From Botryllus schlosseri (lineage: Eukaryota): 64,000 nucleotides of DNA. The notes under the pieces were generated by a model. That model saw only the letters and a list, made by a program, of their open reading frames with translations, searched no databases and had not been told where the DNA came from. The stretch spans positions 12,152,001 to 12,216,000 of the forward strand of contig CM119373.1 in NCBI GenBank assembly GCA_051294905.1, read 5' to 3'. The translations under genes were made by a program, and so were the position numbers. Shown here one piece after another: positions 1 to 12,300 of this stretch (position 1 is the first letter of the stretch; the number at the start of each line of letters is the position of its first letter).

Positions 1-23
1 ATGTAATGTATACGAATAATGAT

Positions 24-50
24 TCTCTCTCTCTCTCTCTCTCTCTCTCT
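24..50. repeat. (TC)n microsatellite
   Basis: Uninterrupted TC dinucleotide run of about 13 units. Confidence 0.95.
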
Positions 51-1053
51 TTTGAACCGTCGCGGAGCCCCACAAAGTTTTAGTTCAACTTTAGCATAAT
101 TATCGTGAAATCGTCATCTGTCTTGCGCAAATGATAACTGTAGGCTTTGTGATAAACAGCAACAAATGACTTTTCTTGAAAATAATCATATTATGCACGT
201 AGAAATTGAGCTGACTTTTATTAATTCAATGCGAATTCTGCAATTGCATTTCTTGAACTACGTAGTCTTGTCTTGAAAATCCGCGCCTTCGATAGGATAT
301 TACCGAGTGCCGAAAATCCATTTCCACAAATTAGGTGGTGGCGAATGTAATAATAACGCGTAACGCTTCCGACGACACATTTGGGTATGATCGCAACAAA
401 TGTGGCACCAACATTGACAAACAATTTTTTCAATGAACATATGACGTCAAGCCCGGTCATTTCTATCTAGCAGCTTATCTTGAAATTATTATGGAAATGG
501 TTGTATATATCACAGGAGAAAATGGATTTTTGTAAACATTTCGAAGTCACCGTGATTGACCTTACTCATTCCACTTTTTATCCACAATCTCCAACAAAAC
601 ATCTCCAATCAGGAAAATGTTTGTATCCGTAGGCTATTGACAATTTAGCAATTAAAATGAGTCTACACACTAGGATATTTAATCTCACGCTGCCGTTCTG
701 TTGATGTGAGCTCTGTAGTTTTACCAGTAATGAAGCGAAACTGCCTCGTTATTATCCGAATTAACAAACATATTGATAGAATATGGTCACAGTAAGATAA
801 TATTTTGGGCTAATTTACATGAACTTTCCAACATTTGATTTGATATGTCCGCTAAAACAGTTGTTATTCTGCTTTCGAATAAGACCTAAATTGCTGATTT
901 CAATGGTAACTGTGTTTGTCAAAGGCTGTAAAGGTAATTTTTTTTCCATGTTAGATGTTTGTTTGTTTGTTTGTGGTGTTCATGGTGGTGGTTCGACTAC
1001 ACTGGTCAATTTACGCCAGGCCGGTTCTTATTATTATCATTCCGTATCTGCCC

Positions 1054-3435
1054 GATTACCAGTGAACTCGGCACTTAGTGAATTCGGCCGCACAAACTCG
1101 GCACTTGGTGAATTCGGCCGTGGTAGATCTGGTAGCGGTACCGGTCGCCATGATTGGTTACTAGAATGTTTGTCGGTGAACTTGGCACTTTGAGTGGTTG
1201 TCAATGTTGTACGGGGGTCAGGGCATGCGTAGATCACAGATTGCGTAATCGCGGGAAATAACGCGACGCTCTTCACTTGGTGAACTCTGCCCTTGGAGGA
1301 ATTGGCACTAGAACACCTTCGCATTAGAAATGCATTTAATATGAATGAACAGTATCAAAAAGGAAATTTAAACGTGTCGTGGCTCGCGGTAGATCTCTTA
1401 ATCTTGGGATCCTTCAACCAGAGTGTACTCAAAGGTGGTGTGGACACAGAAAGAAATTCTCTCGTTCACGCTTCACTTGGGTAGTCAAGATTGTTATTTT
1501 CGATCCGTTTTCAGTACTGACTCAGTGCAAAAGTCGGTATTGGTATATGTCGATTTTGACGATGTTTCATATTGATATGGGTGACAAGTTTTCGTATGGT
1601 ATATCTGGATGATGTGATCTAATACTGTACCAAGTTTCAAGGTCCTCACTTCATGATTAGGGCAGTAATTTCGTTATCGAAGTCGACCGCTTATGTAGAG
1701 ACCTGCAGCTGCAGCGTCTGTCCTCTCGAATCTAGCCTACCGCATAACAGAATTTACGCAAAAGCCGGCACTGGCCGGTGTCCATTTGTCCGCATGGTAT
1801 ATCTTCATGATGTCATCCAACACTGATTCAAGTTTTAGGGTTGTAACTCAAGGATTGGGGTGCACTCATCGCTAACGAAATTACTGCCCTAATCATTGAA
1901 TGGCAGCCTTGAAAATTGACACGTTAGCTGATATAATCAAGATATACCACGCGAAATCTTGTTTCCCAACTCCGTATAGAACACTGTCAAAATCAACACA
2001 CATCAATAGCGACTTTTGCGTAAAATCTGCTATGTTGGAGCCTAGTTTTAGTTTAGCGCACACCTCTATACATAGTCGATTCGGATAAGACAATTACTAC
2101 CCTATACCCTAATGCGTGATAGCCTTGAAACTTGGTACAACGTTAGCTGACATTATGAAGGTAAACCATACGAAATCTTGTCTCCAAATACGTATAGAAC
2201 ACCGTCAAAATTAACACATATCAATAGCGACTTTTGCGTAAAATCTGTTATGCGGTAGCCTATAGTTTCAGTCTGACTCTCATCGTCGAAATCGGTAAAG
2301 CAATTACTACCCTAATCAATGAGTGAAAGAGTTTAATCTTGGTACATATTAGCTGATATAATATAGAATAAAGATATACCATACGAAATCTTGTCTGCCA
2401 ACTACGTATAGAATACCTTCAAAATCAAAACCTATCAATAGCCAGTTTTGCGTAAAATCGGCAATGCGTAGGCCGCGCACACTTATACTTAGTCGATTCG
2501 AATAAGGCAATTACCACCCTAATCATGAGTGAGAAACTTGAAACTTGGTACAGTGTTCCATGATATCGTCAGGATATACCATACCAAATCTTGTGACCCA
2601 TCTCGGTATAAAACATCGTCAAAATCAACGCATACCGATACCTACGTTTGCGTCAAATCACTGTTTCAGACGGATCGACAATAGCATACTTGACTTCGGT
2701 AACGCAATTACTGCCCTAATCATGAAGTGAAGACCTTGAAATTTGGTACAGTATTAGATCACATCATCCAGATATACCATACGAAAACTTGTCACCCATA
2801 TCAATATGAAACATCGTCGAAATCGACATATACCAATACCGACTTTTGCACTGAGTCAGTACTGAAAACAGATCGAAAATAACAATCTTGACTACCCAAG
2901 TGAAGCGTGAACGAGAGAATTTCTTTCTGTGTCCACACCACCTTTGAGTACACTCTGCTTCAACCCTGTTATCGAGACACCCTAACCCCAGAGTGGAATC
3001 GTCTCTCCAAAGGCAAAAAATAATTTATTTTGACGTGATCATGCGAAACATTTGTTGATGAGGAACACTGGCTTGTCGTGATCGATAAACGAAGAAGCGC
3101 CGCTTGATCTTCCACATTTTCGATCTCACATACAACGCCAAGATCCATCTTCTCAAAACTTACACGACACAGGCCCGTCACTCACGCCATCGATTCCAAG
3201 CAGACCGCGCGTGGTCGGTATATGAGCGCTGCGTTATTTCCCGCGGCTACGCAATCCGTGATCTAATCACGCCGTGACTGCGTGATCTACGGATGCCCTG
3301 ACCTGCTTACAAGATTGACGAATCACTTGATAATACTATTATTAGTTCAATAATTCATAATAATAGCTGTTAATACACTTCATTACAAAATTTCCCGAGG
3401 GCCGAATTCACCAAGTGCCGAGTTCATCGGCAACC
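1054..3435. mobile_element. Non-autonomous DNA transposon (Merlin-like), with an internal insertion
   Basis: Imperfect TIRs GATTACCAGTGAACTCGGCACTTAGTGAATTCGGCC / GGTTGCCGATGAACTCGGCACTTGGTGAATTCGGCC; inverted similarity extends ~250 bp; 8-bp TSD ATCTGCCC at 1046-1053 and 3436-3443. The superfamily is inferred from the GG/GA terminus plus 8-bp TSD only. Confidence 0.7.
1419..2957. mobile_element. Foldback (Galileo/P-superfamily-like) non-autonomous element
   Basis: ~265-bp near-identical TIRs starting CAGAGTGTACTCAAAGGTGG (1419-~1684, ~2692-2957); ~5 tandem ~200-210-bp units in the right arm; 7-bp TSD CTTCAAC at 1412-1418 and 2958-2964. Confidence 0.85.
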
Positions 3436-4306
3436 ATCTGCCCACTTATAGCACGGCCCACTCCTAGGCTTTTTAAGACATGGCTATGCGGATCAGATGG
3501 TGACGAGGAGCCTAGATAAACGGCCAACACTTCGGTAGGAATTATGGAGTCGACGTGTCAGGCTCGAACCCGCAATTCATTGGTGTTTAGCTATAATGGC
3601 AGGTACCACTACGTTACCTCGCCATACCTTGTAAAATGGGACCGTAGCATTTGGCATTTCGTGTGGCAATTGACTATTGTGTGGAAAATTGTGTTCGTTT
3701 TAGAACATATCCGAAACTTTTATTCCGCCATAGATTGTATATGATAAAACGAAGCCACTCACCACAAAGGAGGATTTAAAGAAGTTTGATGACATATTGA
3801 ATGAAAGCAAAAGCCTTTGCAAGAGATGTGGTATGTTGAATCTGTTTTGTTATTTTCAAATGCTTGCCGATAGCAGACGGTATATATAAACGTAAGATGT
3901 GGAAGCTATCAAGGTGTTATGTTTATTTGTTTTTAGAAATTCAGTCAGCCAAAGTGGACGATCATATTGCTTGGATTATATTTAGGCTTATTTTAGCATC
4001 TTTGAGATGCAACTCTGAACGTGGACGGTCATGAACAGTCAACTAATTCTGTTCCTATATTGACATATCAGACATTTGCACTCGTACCGTTGGCGGCGAC
4101 AATATTGGTCAGTCAGCAAAAAGCATCATGAAGAAGGTTGCCAGTCTGGTGAAATTATAGCAGAGTCGGAAAGAATGGGAAATACGCTTTCATCAACCTC
4201 CATTTGAACAAGATCACATATAGTAAGAGACATTCATGATATGCTGCAAATGTCACTGTGTTCTTTGTCTAGTCATCCCACTCTTGTAACTATTGAGGCT
4301 TCATGC

Positions 4307-4793
4307 CAGGGTTGTAACCAAGTCACAAGGCTCCGAGTCGCAAGTCAATCTCACTTTTATAGTTTTGACTCGAGTCATTTTCAATTCACCACCGAGTCAA
4401 GTCCGAGTCCAAGTCAGCGAGCAGAGGGCCGAGTCCGAGTTATGGTATTATGACTCGAGCCAGAGTCATTGTGTTAGCTGCTCAGTTTCCAATTTAAGTC
4501 TTGTTAAACCAACTTTTCATATATTTTTTGTGATATCGAGTGGGTCGCATTTATAATATACGAATTTTCCTTACTTTTAGCAGTTTCTGGCCGCATTTTC
4601 CAATACCAGTATCAATAGACGAAATCCCAATAGCGATTTGCTGTACTATTCTTTGAAATAATAATGAAATGTCGGTCTTGGCCGTCTGAGTCTCAAGTCA
4701 TGCGCAATGAGTCGAGTCATTTCAGTACTTTGAGAAGATGACCTGAGTCAAGTCGAGTCAACAGAAAATCCTGACTCGAGTCTTACAACCCTG
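4307..4793. mobile_element. hAT-type MITE, GACTCGAGTC-repeat family A
   Basis: TIR CAGGGTTGTAA/TTACAACCCTG; TSD CTTCATGC/CTCCATGC (7/8); subterminal CGAGTCAAGTC repeats. Related copies at ~27196-27750 and ~58990-59525. Confidence 0.85.
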
Positions 4794-6299
4794 CTCCATG
4801 CAATGAGCATTTACTTTGGTTGGTTGGTTTGTGGTATTCATGGTGTTTGTCGACTACTATGGTCATTTACACCAGGCCGATATTCTTTTTTATTTTCCGT
4901 AACTGCCGACTTATAGCACGGCCCACCTCTAGGCTTTTGTAAGACACCGCTGACGCGGATGTGGTGGCGAGGAGGAGCCTAGGTAAACCTCCAACACTTA
5001 GGTATCGGAATTCAAGCATTTACTTTGAAGATAAATAGTAATTAAATAACTGGTTGGTGGTACAAAATTTTAATACTGCTTTCAAAAGTACCTTCATGAT
5101 AAACGTTATTGAAACCCGAAGAACTTTTCGCGTGCCTATTAAAGAGCTACCGGCACCTAGGAAGCAAAACATAGTTGAATTCAAAACCAGATGGAGAATT
5201 ATGACGCATTAATGTCGAATTTAGAAATAACATCAATGGAGCCAGAACACAGCAACAATGCAGTGCATAACAACGGTTGCGTAAAACAGTATGACAGCGT
5301 GACACAATTCTTTAATTATTTATTATAGTGGTGCCACCGTAAATACTATTTTATTAAAATCCGAATTTTTCGATGGCAATAACTCCGCTTCCACTTGTTT
5401 GAATCGAACCAAATTTGATGAACATCGTTTCTATACATAACCTAACACTTTCATGGGGTGAACAAAAAATTTTCAAATTTTTTCTATTTATTTTTATATA
5501 ATAAATAGAAACTTTCTTTTCCTGTAGCAATGCGGCTACTGGTTGGAATTGAACCAAATTTGGTGTGTAGGCTTGAATTAGGTAACCTAACAATTTTATC
5601 AAGTAGCAAGAACGATTTGAGAAAAAAAAGTCATTTTTTAAGAGCCCTAATGTCCATGTCAGAGAAACGTTTTAGGGTAGGCCTACTCACATGTCTCGCA
5701 GCGTTCTCTACATAACTGTCAATTGCGGTACAAACTGTTCGCTTGTATTGGTTAAGCGTTCCAACCTCGAATTGTAAAATGTTGGGAGTCTTGATATCAA
5801 ATTTTTGAAAGGTGCACTTTGAGAAGATTTCGGAATCTGTCAAATTATACAAAAAAATTTAGCAAATTCTTTGACATATATCTCAAATTTGGGACTCGAT
5901 CAACGTAAAAGAATTAGTAATTATTTTATACAATATATTGTATTTGTAGTTGAAGTATAGTAATAATTCTTATGGTTACCGCACTTGTAACGATTCACGG
6001 CCATAACTGGAATAATCATAATGATATAACTTTCAAATTGTCATGCATTTTGCAACAACATTGTTCTCAATTTTCAAGGTGCTGACCATTGGAGGAAGAA
6101 TCACCCTTAAGCCGGGAATTCACGATCCGTAAACGCGGCCGACTGTTTCTCTCCTCAAGAGGAAGGAAGAGAAAAAGGGAGCAGAAATAGCAAGAGTGTG
6201 ACAAGTCGCGTCCATTCGCTTTAATGCGTATTTCCATCCGCGAAGCGCGAAGTAGTAGGTGGGAAAACTAATGGGCGTTGGTTAGCGCTTTATAAGGTT

Positions 6300-6950
6300 G
6301 ACTCCACCGCTGTATTTGCTAAATGTTGCGGTGAAATAGGGGTGGTGTCATTTGGTATCAATATTGACTATTAAAAGACCATTTGTTAGTGGTCATGGAT
6401 TTGTTCGGCCAGTATGCAGTAATTTCTGATGGTCACTTCCCGGGCTTCTGTTCTCTAACCCCTCATGATTGTTATTCTGCTTCTAGTAAGACTGTCGATT
6501 CTAATGTTTTATCGTATCGTTTGTCGGAGGTTTCACTCGCTTTTTTTACAACGTTTTGCTCTCTGCTAGGTCAATTACTGGCTGAGTATCACTACAGCCT
6601 AAGAAACTGCACTAATTCTCATTTTAATGTCTTGCTGGTTATCTTGCTGTCAATTCTAATAATTTGTTAATGTCTATACCAGTGCCGCCACTCATAGTTT
6701 TGTTCTCTGTACACAATATTGTTAGCTTTCCAGGCAGAGTATCCTTCCACTTTCTAGACTTGAGTATATATCTCTCCAACTAGCTGCCAAATAACTGATT
6801 CATTTGGATTGTTGAATTGATCATTTTTGACAGAATGTGAAGAAATTTTAGTCAAGAATTCTTTTTGTGTTAGTGGCTGTTTTCAAAGATTGCTGAAGTA
6901 GTCATCGTTGATCTTGATAATCAAGTAGAAGTGGCGATTGAAGTCAGTTC
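6300..6950 (-). mobile_element. Highly degenerate LINE (RTE-like) APE endonuclease remnant
   Basis: Broken minus-strand translation gives LKTAT-N (LKIATFN-like), SGGTGIDINK (GGVGILI-like) and IMRG (IIMGD-like) in the expected order; many stops. Confidence 0.3.
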
Positions 6951-8597
6951 TCTAGTCATATAATAATAAAAAATATAATAATAAAAACTTGAAAACTTGA
7001 GTGGAAATAGTCCAGAATCAAATCTATTTTAGTAAGTATGGGTGAAAAAAATGTAGGAGTCATTCGTTACTCGCTACCTCTGCCATTTTCGCAGTACGAA
7101 TGTCTTAGCTAATAATCGTCATTTTCATTTTATTTCTACAGGGTGTTGAAAAGAAAACGCCAGAGGGATTATCATCATCAGACGATGAAACCTTCTGATT
7201 GCTGACTGTTCTCATAGTTTCATTCATTGCTACTTGGCCCTACAAGTAATTTCGTTCGTTTCATTTTTTACACCAGCATTATTTACTTGCCAATTCGTTT
7301 TGAATTAAATTACCGCAAATGTGATTAATATGTAGTAGATAATGTGGTGTGTGTGTGTGTACGCAGCCGTGATCAGGTTATGCCCAGTGGTAGAAAACAG
7401 GTTATTATATCAGGATATTCTTTTAATGTAGGATCTACATTCTACTCACCATGTTTAAAGGCTGTAGCATCTGTATAATATTTACATTATTGAAGGACAT
7501 GGAAAAGACATTGAATTGAGTCGACACAAAATCCCCCTTTCTACGACCTGCCGAGATCTAATATCTACTATATCGGGCTCGGCTTTCTACATCTTTGGTC
7601 TGTACTGTGTTTACTGGGTAGCTTACCAACTATTTTGAGGCTTCGGGGATCCCCTGAAAATGCTTCGCAGACCCCCGGTTGAAAACCGTTGTCATAGATG
7701 TTTGCTCACAAATGTATGTAGACCCGCGGGTCACATTATAAAGTAAGACCGGAATGTGACTGCGGGCCGCTTGAAATCCCGTCGCGGGCCGGATCCGGCC
7801 CGTGGGCGGTATGTTGCCCGCTCCTGTGCTAAGGCCTGTGCAGGTGGAGAAAGAAGGTACAAATATAGCCCTGTAAGGCTTTCCAAGTCTGTTACCACCC
7901 CTCACTGTTTAGTACCCATAACCTACTCAAATTAGTGGCAGAAAATACTAACATGATTATTCATAAGTGAAAAAAGATAAGACTATACCCTAAGATGGAA
8001 ACTAAGGCCTAGTGATAACGAAGAAATGAAAGCGTTCGTTGTCTAATACTTTTAGCTGGAAACTATCACTAAAACAGAATTAAACTTGTGGATTTATGGA
8101 AAGTGATGAAACTGGTATAGCATATTTTGTTCTTGATATTTGTGCGGCAAATACACCGACTCACGATACACATACACACGATCTGTTCATTTGCATACAA
8201 TAAGTGCATGATGTGCTTCGGTATATGCCGCTGGAGAAGGACGGTGCAAATATAGCCCTGTGAAACGCTTTCCAAGTCTGGTACCACCCCTCCATGCTAT
8301 CAAGGTAATTTAGAGCGCCAAGAGGGAACGCAATATACACCAGAGTTACTAATCAGGTCTATGGTCTGACCCGGCCGGGTATTGAACTCACAACTAATGT
8401 GATTAATCAAGAATAGCAAAATCAATCAATCTGTATATTTAAAATCTCACTGGTAATAATCTAACGAATATTGGTAAATGCTGCAATTCGATGTATATTT
8501 AGAACAGGCTCGCGGGCTCTCATCTGGTCCTCACGGGCTACCTGGGGCCCGCGGGCACAGCGTTGCTTACTCCTGGTGTATACCATACACTGTATAG

Positions 8598-10658
8598 CAG
8601 GGGTCACCAACACGCGACCCGCGGGCCGCATGCGGCCCGTAAAGTCATGTTTTGCGGCCCGCGATCTGATTTCAGGAAATTTCAGAAGAAAGCTTGGTAA
8701 GCATTTTGAAATGCTGAAAATGATTTCAGTTTAAACATATTGTTGTGGTGGTTCAAGGTAAGCCATTCGCCAGTCCCCACTACCGCTATTCCTCACTATC
8801 TGATACCGCTTCGGAGGAAGAATTTGCTGATTTGAATGGGCATATTGCCGTGACGTGCAATGACACGTCACTGCCAAGACCATACGCTTGAAAAACGACT
8901 TCTGTTGGTAAAAAGACCATGGTTTACGATGAAATAGTTTCCCAGCAAGTCCTGTGTCTAGCTAACCCTATTTTAGATTCCTTAGTCCAGGATGGTCAAT
9001 TTGTGGCAGTAGCAGACAAATTATGCGGCCGTCAATACTTAATTAACTATGATGTGTCGGCGCCCATCAATACGCAAATTGAGTTTACGAATTGACTCCC
9101 TAATTATTGAGAGGCTTCAAATCATTCTTCAAGATTTCTTCGCGTTACGCGCGGTTCAATGCGAGTTGATTTCGATTTTAATATGGTAGTGTCCTTTGTA
9201 ATCTGAGTTCAACAGTACAGATGCGAACAGACGAGGAAAATTATGCGCTCCATAACGAAATACCAATTTATAATCGTGTTCACCTCATCATGAAGGAAAT
9301 TTGTTTCTGGTAGGCCTACGTTTGAGCGAATCGAATATATTTCCAGTATACCGACAATCCTGATGAGAGGTCAAGAAATAAAAGCCTTCAGCAATATATA
9401 TATCGACTTTCAATTAAATAAAAGGGCAAAAGAAAACAGGAAACAAAGAAACATGAAGATAATCAGTTTTGGGCCCCTGTCAAGCGCCTCCAGCGTGGGC
9501 GGTCGTGTGCGTCTTCGAGCGACAGCCCGCGTTGCCCGAGCTCGGTCTCTATTGTCGAGCGCCATGTGGTTCTATTCCAACCACCTTTGCGCCATGGCTC
9601 CGTCGGAATGTGGTTGATGATGGCGGCGGCTGGTTGATCGTCTTGATGCCGCACTAGATGACCGATTAGGCGGAAGCGTAGTTCAGCAGCCAACAAACGG
9701 CATGGGACCGTTTTTGTGAGTTTGCGCAGAGCATTGGTGGATATGTGCTCCGGGTGGGGAATGCCGAATGCGTAGTGGAGGAGTGCATCGTAGTTGGCGT
9801 TGAGTGTTTCAGCCATCTTTTCTGTCAGCGTGAGTGCTTCTATTCCGTAGAGAAGAACCTGCTCGACAGTGGCAGGGAAAATCCGGGTCTTGAGCTGGGT
9901 TGAGGCACTTGAGTGGAATAGGCAATGCAAACGGGACTAATAACAATTGGTCCACCCAAAGATGCAGCACAGCAATAATAACTTCCCTAAATTTTCGAAG
10001 ACAGCCCCTGCGTTTAATCTATACCAGTGAATCTGAACAAATGGGGTGGGAAAAGATATACATATTTGATAGTAATATGTGAAACTATACTAATATTAAT
10101 GACGAAATTCACTAAAAAATTTGAAAAATTTTTCGCGCTTCGCGCGTTTACGGAACGTATCACCGTGGATGTTCATGACATGGCTACTCACGATTTCGGT
10201 GCACATAGTAAGCCGTTGTGAGTGAATAGATTAGCCCGGAGTGTACCGACAATGGATATGGACAGTTTAACGTGGGTATTTGGCTTTCAGTTAATTCATT
10301 ACGATTAAGCACTGGAATGCGGCCGTCAGTAGCAAAAAGGTCGGCCGCCCCTGTTTTAGTTCTTGCATAGTGTTGTCAGGAATCGCGCGCCACTCATAGT
10401 TCAAAATTTAATGAAATTGATGATCATAATATTATTTGTTGTAACTGTATTTTTTCAATAAAATATTATTTCTTTTGTGGTAACTCTGCCCGTCGCCCAT
10501 GTTAGAGTACACAGCGTTGTACTGACGTAGATTGATCAAAACGTGCTTGTTAAACGGCGTTGCCTATTTTTATCTCGATATTGAAGTCATGCGGCCCGCG
10601 GCCCGCGGCCTCAAATTTGAAAAGTGGCCCACGACCCATTTTGAGTTGGCGACCCCAG
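8598..10658. mobile_element. Charlie/Buster-type hAT MITE containing a second MITE (8988-10353) and an RTE LINE
   Basis: Ends CAGGGGTCACCAAC...GTTGGCGACCCCAG with GCGGCCCGC subterminal motifs. The inner element matches the family at 61636-62348. TSDs are not recoverable. Confidence 0.65.
9380..9930 (-). mobile_element. 5'-truncated RTE-clade LINE (C-terminus of ORF2)
   Basis: ORF 9463-9930: LKTRIF..TVEQVLLYGIEA.TLT...RFRLIGHLVRH..R.GG..RTTW...A.DR..WR, typical of an RTE ORF2 C-terminus. GC-richer than flanks; interrupts a MITE whose uninterrupted copy is near 61930-62030. Confidence 0.85.
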
Positions 10659-10971
10659 CAGTGTATCGTATAGTATACAATACATTTGAATTAGCCCAGG
10701 CTTAAATTGTTTCGTATAGACGTGTAAGTGGATCGTGTATTGCGTAATATCAAATTGTTTCAACTTTCTGAGATTTCATATTCTATTATCCATTTGGCTG
10801 ACAGATGCAGACGTAGTCTATAAGTTCAAACTACAAACAGCTGGTCCGAAAACTCGTATCTGCATATGGAATACTTGGAACAAACATGAATATGAAAGTT
10901 CACTTCCTGTTCAGTCATCTTGATATATATTTGCCGATGATCTTGTTGATTAGCAAGTGGAGAGGTTTCAC

Positions 10972-11236
10972 CAGAGGTGGTCAGTAACGAAGTACTTCTA
11001 CTTTTTGAAGTACTTGAAGTAGATTTTGCCTGCTCGCACTACTTATTAAGTAGTTATGATTTTAGACAACTTCTACTTCTACTTGACAGTTTCCAGTTTT
11101 TTAGGCTAAAATAGGCTTAGAATACCTACTTATTACTTACTTGTCAACCGCCACTCCTACTTCTACTTGAGTAGAATTTATGGCGTTACTTCTACTTCTA
11201 CTTGACTAGCGACAGTGACTACTTTGACCACCTCTG
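10972..11236. mobile_element. hAT-type MITE, TACTTCTACT-repeat family E
   Basis: TIR CAGAGGTGGTCA/TGACCACCTCTG; TSD GGTTTCAC/GTTTTCAC (7/8). Related sequence at ~19455-19608, 59919-61290 and ~63650-64000. Confidence 0.85.
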
Positions 11237-11483
11237 GTTTTCACCAAGACCTCAAAGCAATAGAAAGATATTAGGGCAAATGAGATGGACATATTATGGC
11301 AGATCATTGCTGGAACCTTTCGAGAAACTGCACTAAATTGCTTACAGGAAAAAATCGTACAATAAACAATTGTGTTTTAAAATAAGTGAATATTAATATA
11401 TTTCAACTGATTATTTCAAAGTTACAATAGGTGGTTGGCGTAAAACTGATTGAATTATTGCCACGTTATTTGAGTATCTAGGT

Positions 11484-12140
11484 CAGGGGTCACCAACCTT
11501 TTTGCAGCCAAGAGCGACTTCTTGGGTACTGATTGAAGCGGCGGCAACCGTTCACTCCCGCCGTTTACGCCTACCAGACTGAATTTCCACATTGATATTT
11601 ATAGCACTGGGCGGCAATCACATTGTGGGAAGAGTTCTAAGACACTCTTGTAAAATAAGAACATCCTAATTGAACTCGCTAGCCACAAACCTCTTTAAGG
11701 AACCATGAAATACTTCGCACCATGTTTTTATAAATTATGCAACAACAGTCAATTCAATTTTTTAAATAAATCATGTCACACTTTGGACTAGAAATCATGT
11801 CATCTGTTTATATATTATTACTTGGGAATCCTGGCATTGCATGCTATCCACTGGTGCACTGTACTCCGATATGCAACTTGTTACTTCACACTGCAACTGT
11901 GAGTGATTCTTCCAGATGTGCATCAGTGAGGCGTATTCCGTGTTTGTTTTTGGTGACGTGCATGTCAGAAACGGCTGATTCACAACGATAAGTGGAACCA
12001 AACAAGCTTGTAACCTTCATGGCTGCTGCACATACACCACTGCATTTTACCGTGTCAACAAGGAACCAAAAGTTCATTGCAGCCTTGTGGGCTATGAGGT
12101 GTAGGTAATTTTGCAGTGTTATAATTTCAATCTTCAACTG
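11484..12140 (-). mobile_element. 3' remnant of a hAT (Buster/SPIN/Charlie group) transposon
   Basis: Minus ORF 11886-12158 contains SLFGSTYRCESAVSDMHVTKNKHGIRLTDAHLEESL (hAT C-terminal dimerisation domain); TIR CAGGGGTCACCAAC at 11484. Confidence 0.85.
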
Positions 12141-12179
12141 TTCAGCACACAGGGTCAATAGATTTCGATATACCGAGCC

Positions 12180-12300
12180 GCAGGGGGAAGCGAGTGGCGC
12201 AGTGTTCTAAGCGACACCAATGGTTCTTGGTACGAGTCTCGGCTCCACCATATTTCTGTGTGTCGGAGGTTATCTGGGCTCCTCGTCGCCGATCCCACTG
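12180..12300 (+). mobile_element. Diverged copy of the tRNA-SINE family
   Basis: TGGCGCAGTG A-box-like head and TTATCTGGGCTCCTCGTCGCC body motif shared with the copy at 3444-3623. Confidence 0.6.

Larger units (their letters stand above)
957..3623 (-). mobile_element. tRNA-derived SINE (~280 bp), split by a nested insertion at 1054-3435
   Basis: Minus strand starts GGCGAGGTAACGTAGTGG (A-box-like), has a B-box GGTTCGAGCC at 3570-3561, and ends in a (CAAA)n tail at 957-973. Body motifs (TTATCTAGGCTCCTCGTCACC; GGCCTGGYGTAAATGACC) recur at ~4815-5030, 12180-12300, 19275-19430, 56855-56955 and 59880-61385. Confidence 0.75.
3734..7198 (+). pseudogene. Decayed spliced DUF4806/BEN-like gene
   Basis: Phase-compatible GT-AG exons 3734-3830 (KPLTTKEDLKKFDDILNESKSL) and 4072-4222 (TRTVGGDNIGQSAKSIMKKVA..[1-nt shift]..YSRVGKNGKYAFINLHLNKIT) resemble the DUF4806 pattern by eye. 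Weaker candidate exons: 6079-6197 (in-frame TAA) and 7142-7198 (GVEKKTPEGLSSSDDETF*). Confidence 0.45.

Noticed and set aside
221-600. Cys/His-rich minus-strand stretch (CQCWCHICC) as a PHD finger
   Set aside because: Spacing is incomplete and there are many stops; not supportable.
1880-2725. CCCTAA motifs as interstitial telomere
   Set aside because: One motif per ~205-bp unit of the foldback element; not tandem hexamers.
3555-3623. tRNA gene
   Set aside because: A and B boxes are present but there is no complete cloverleaf or acceptor stem; it continues into a repeated SINE body.
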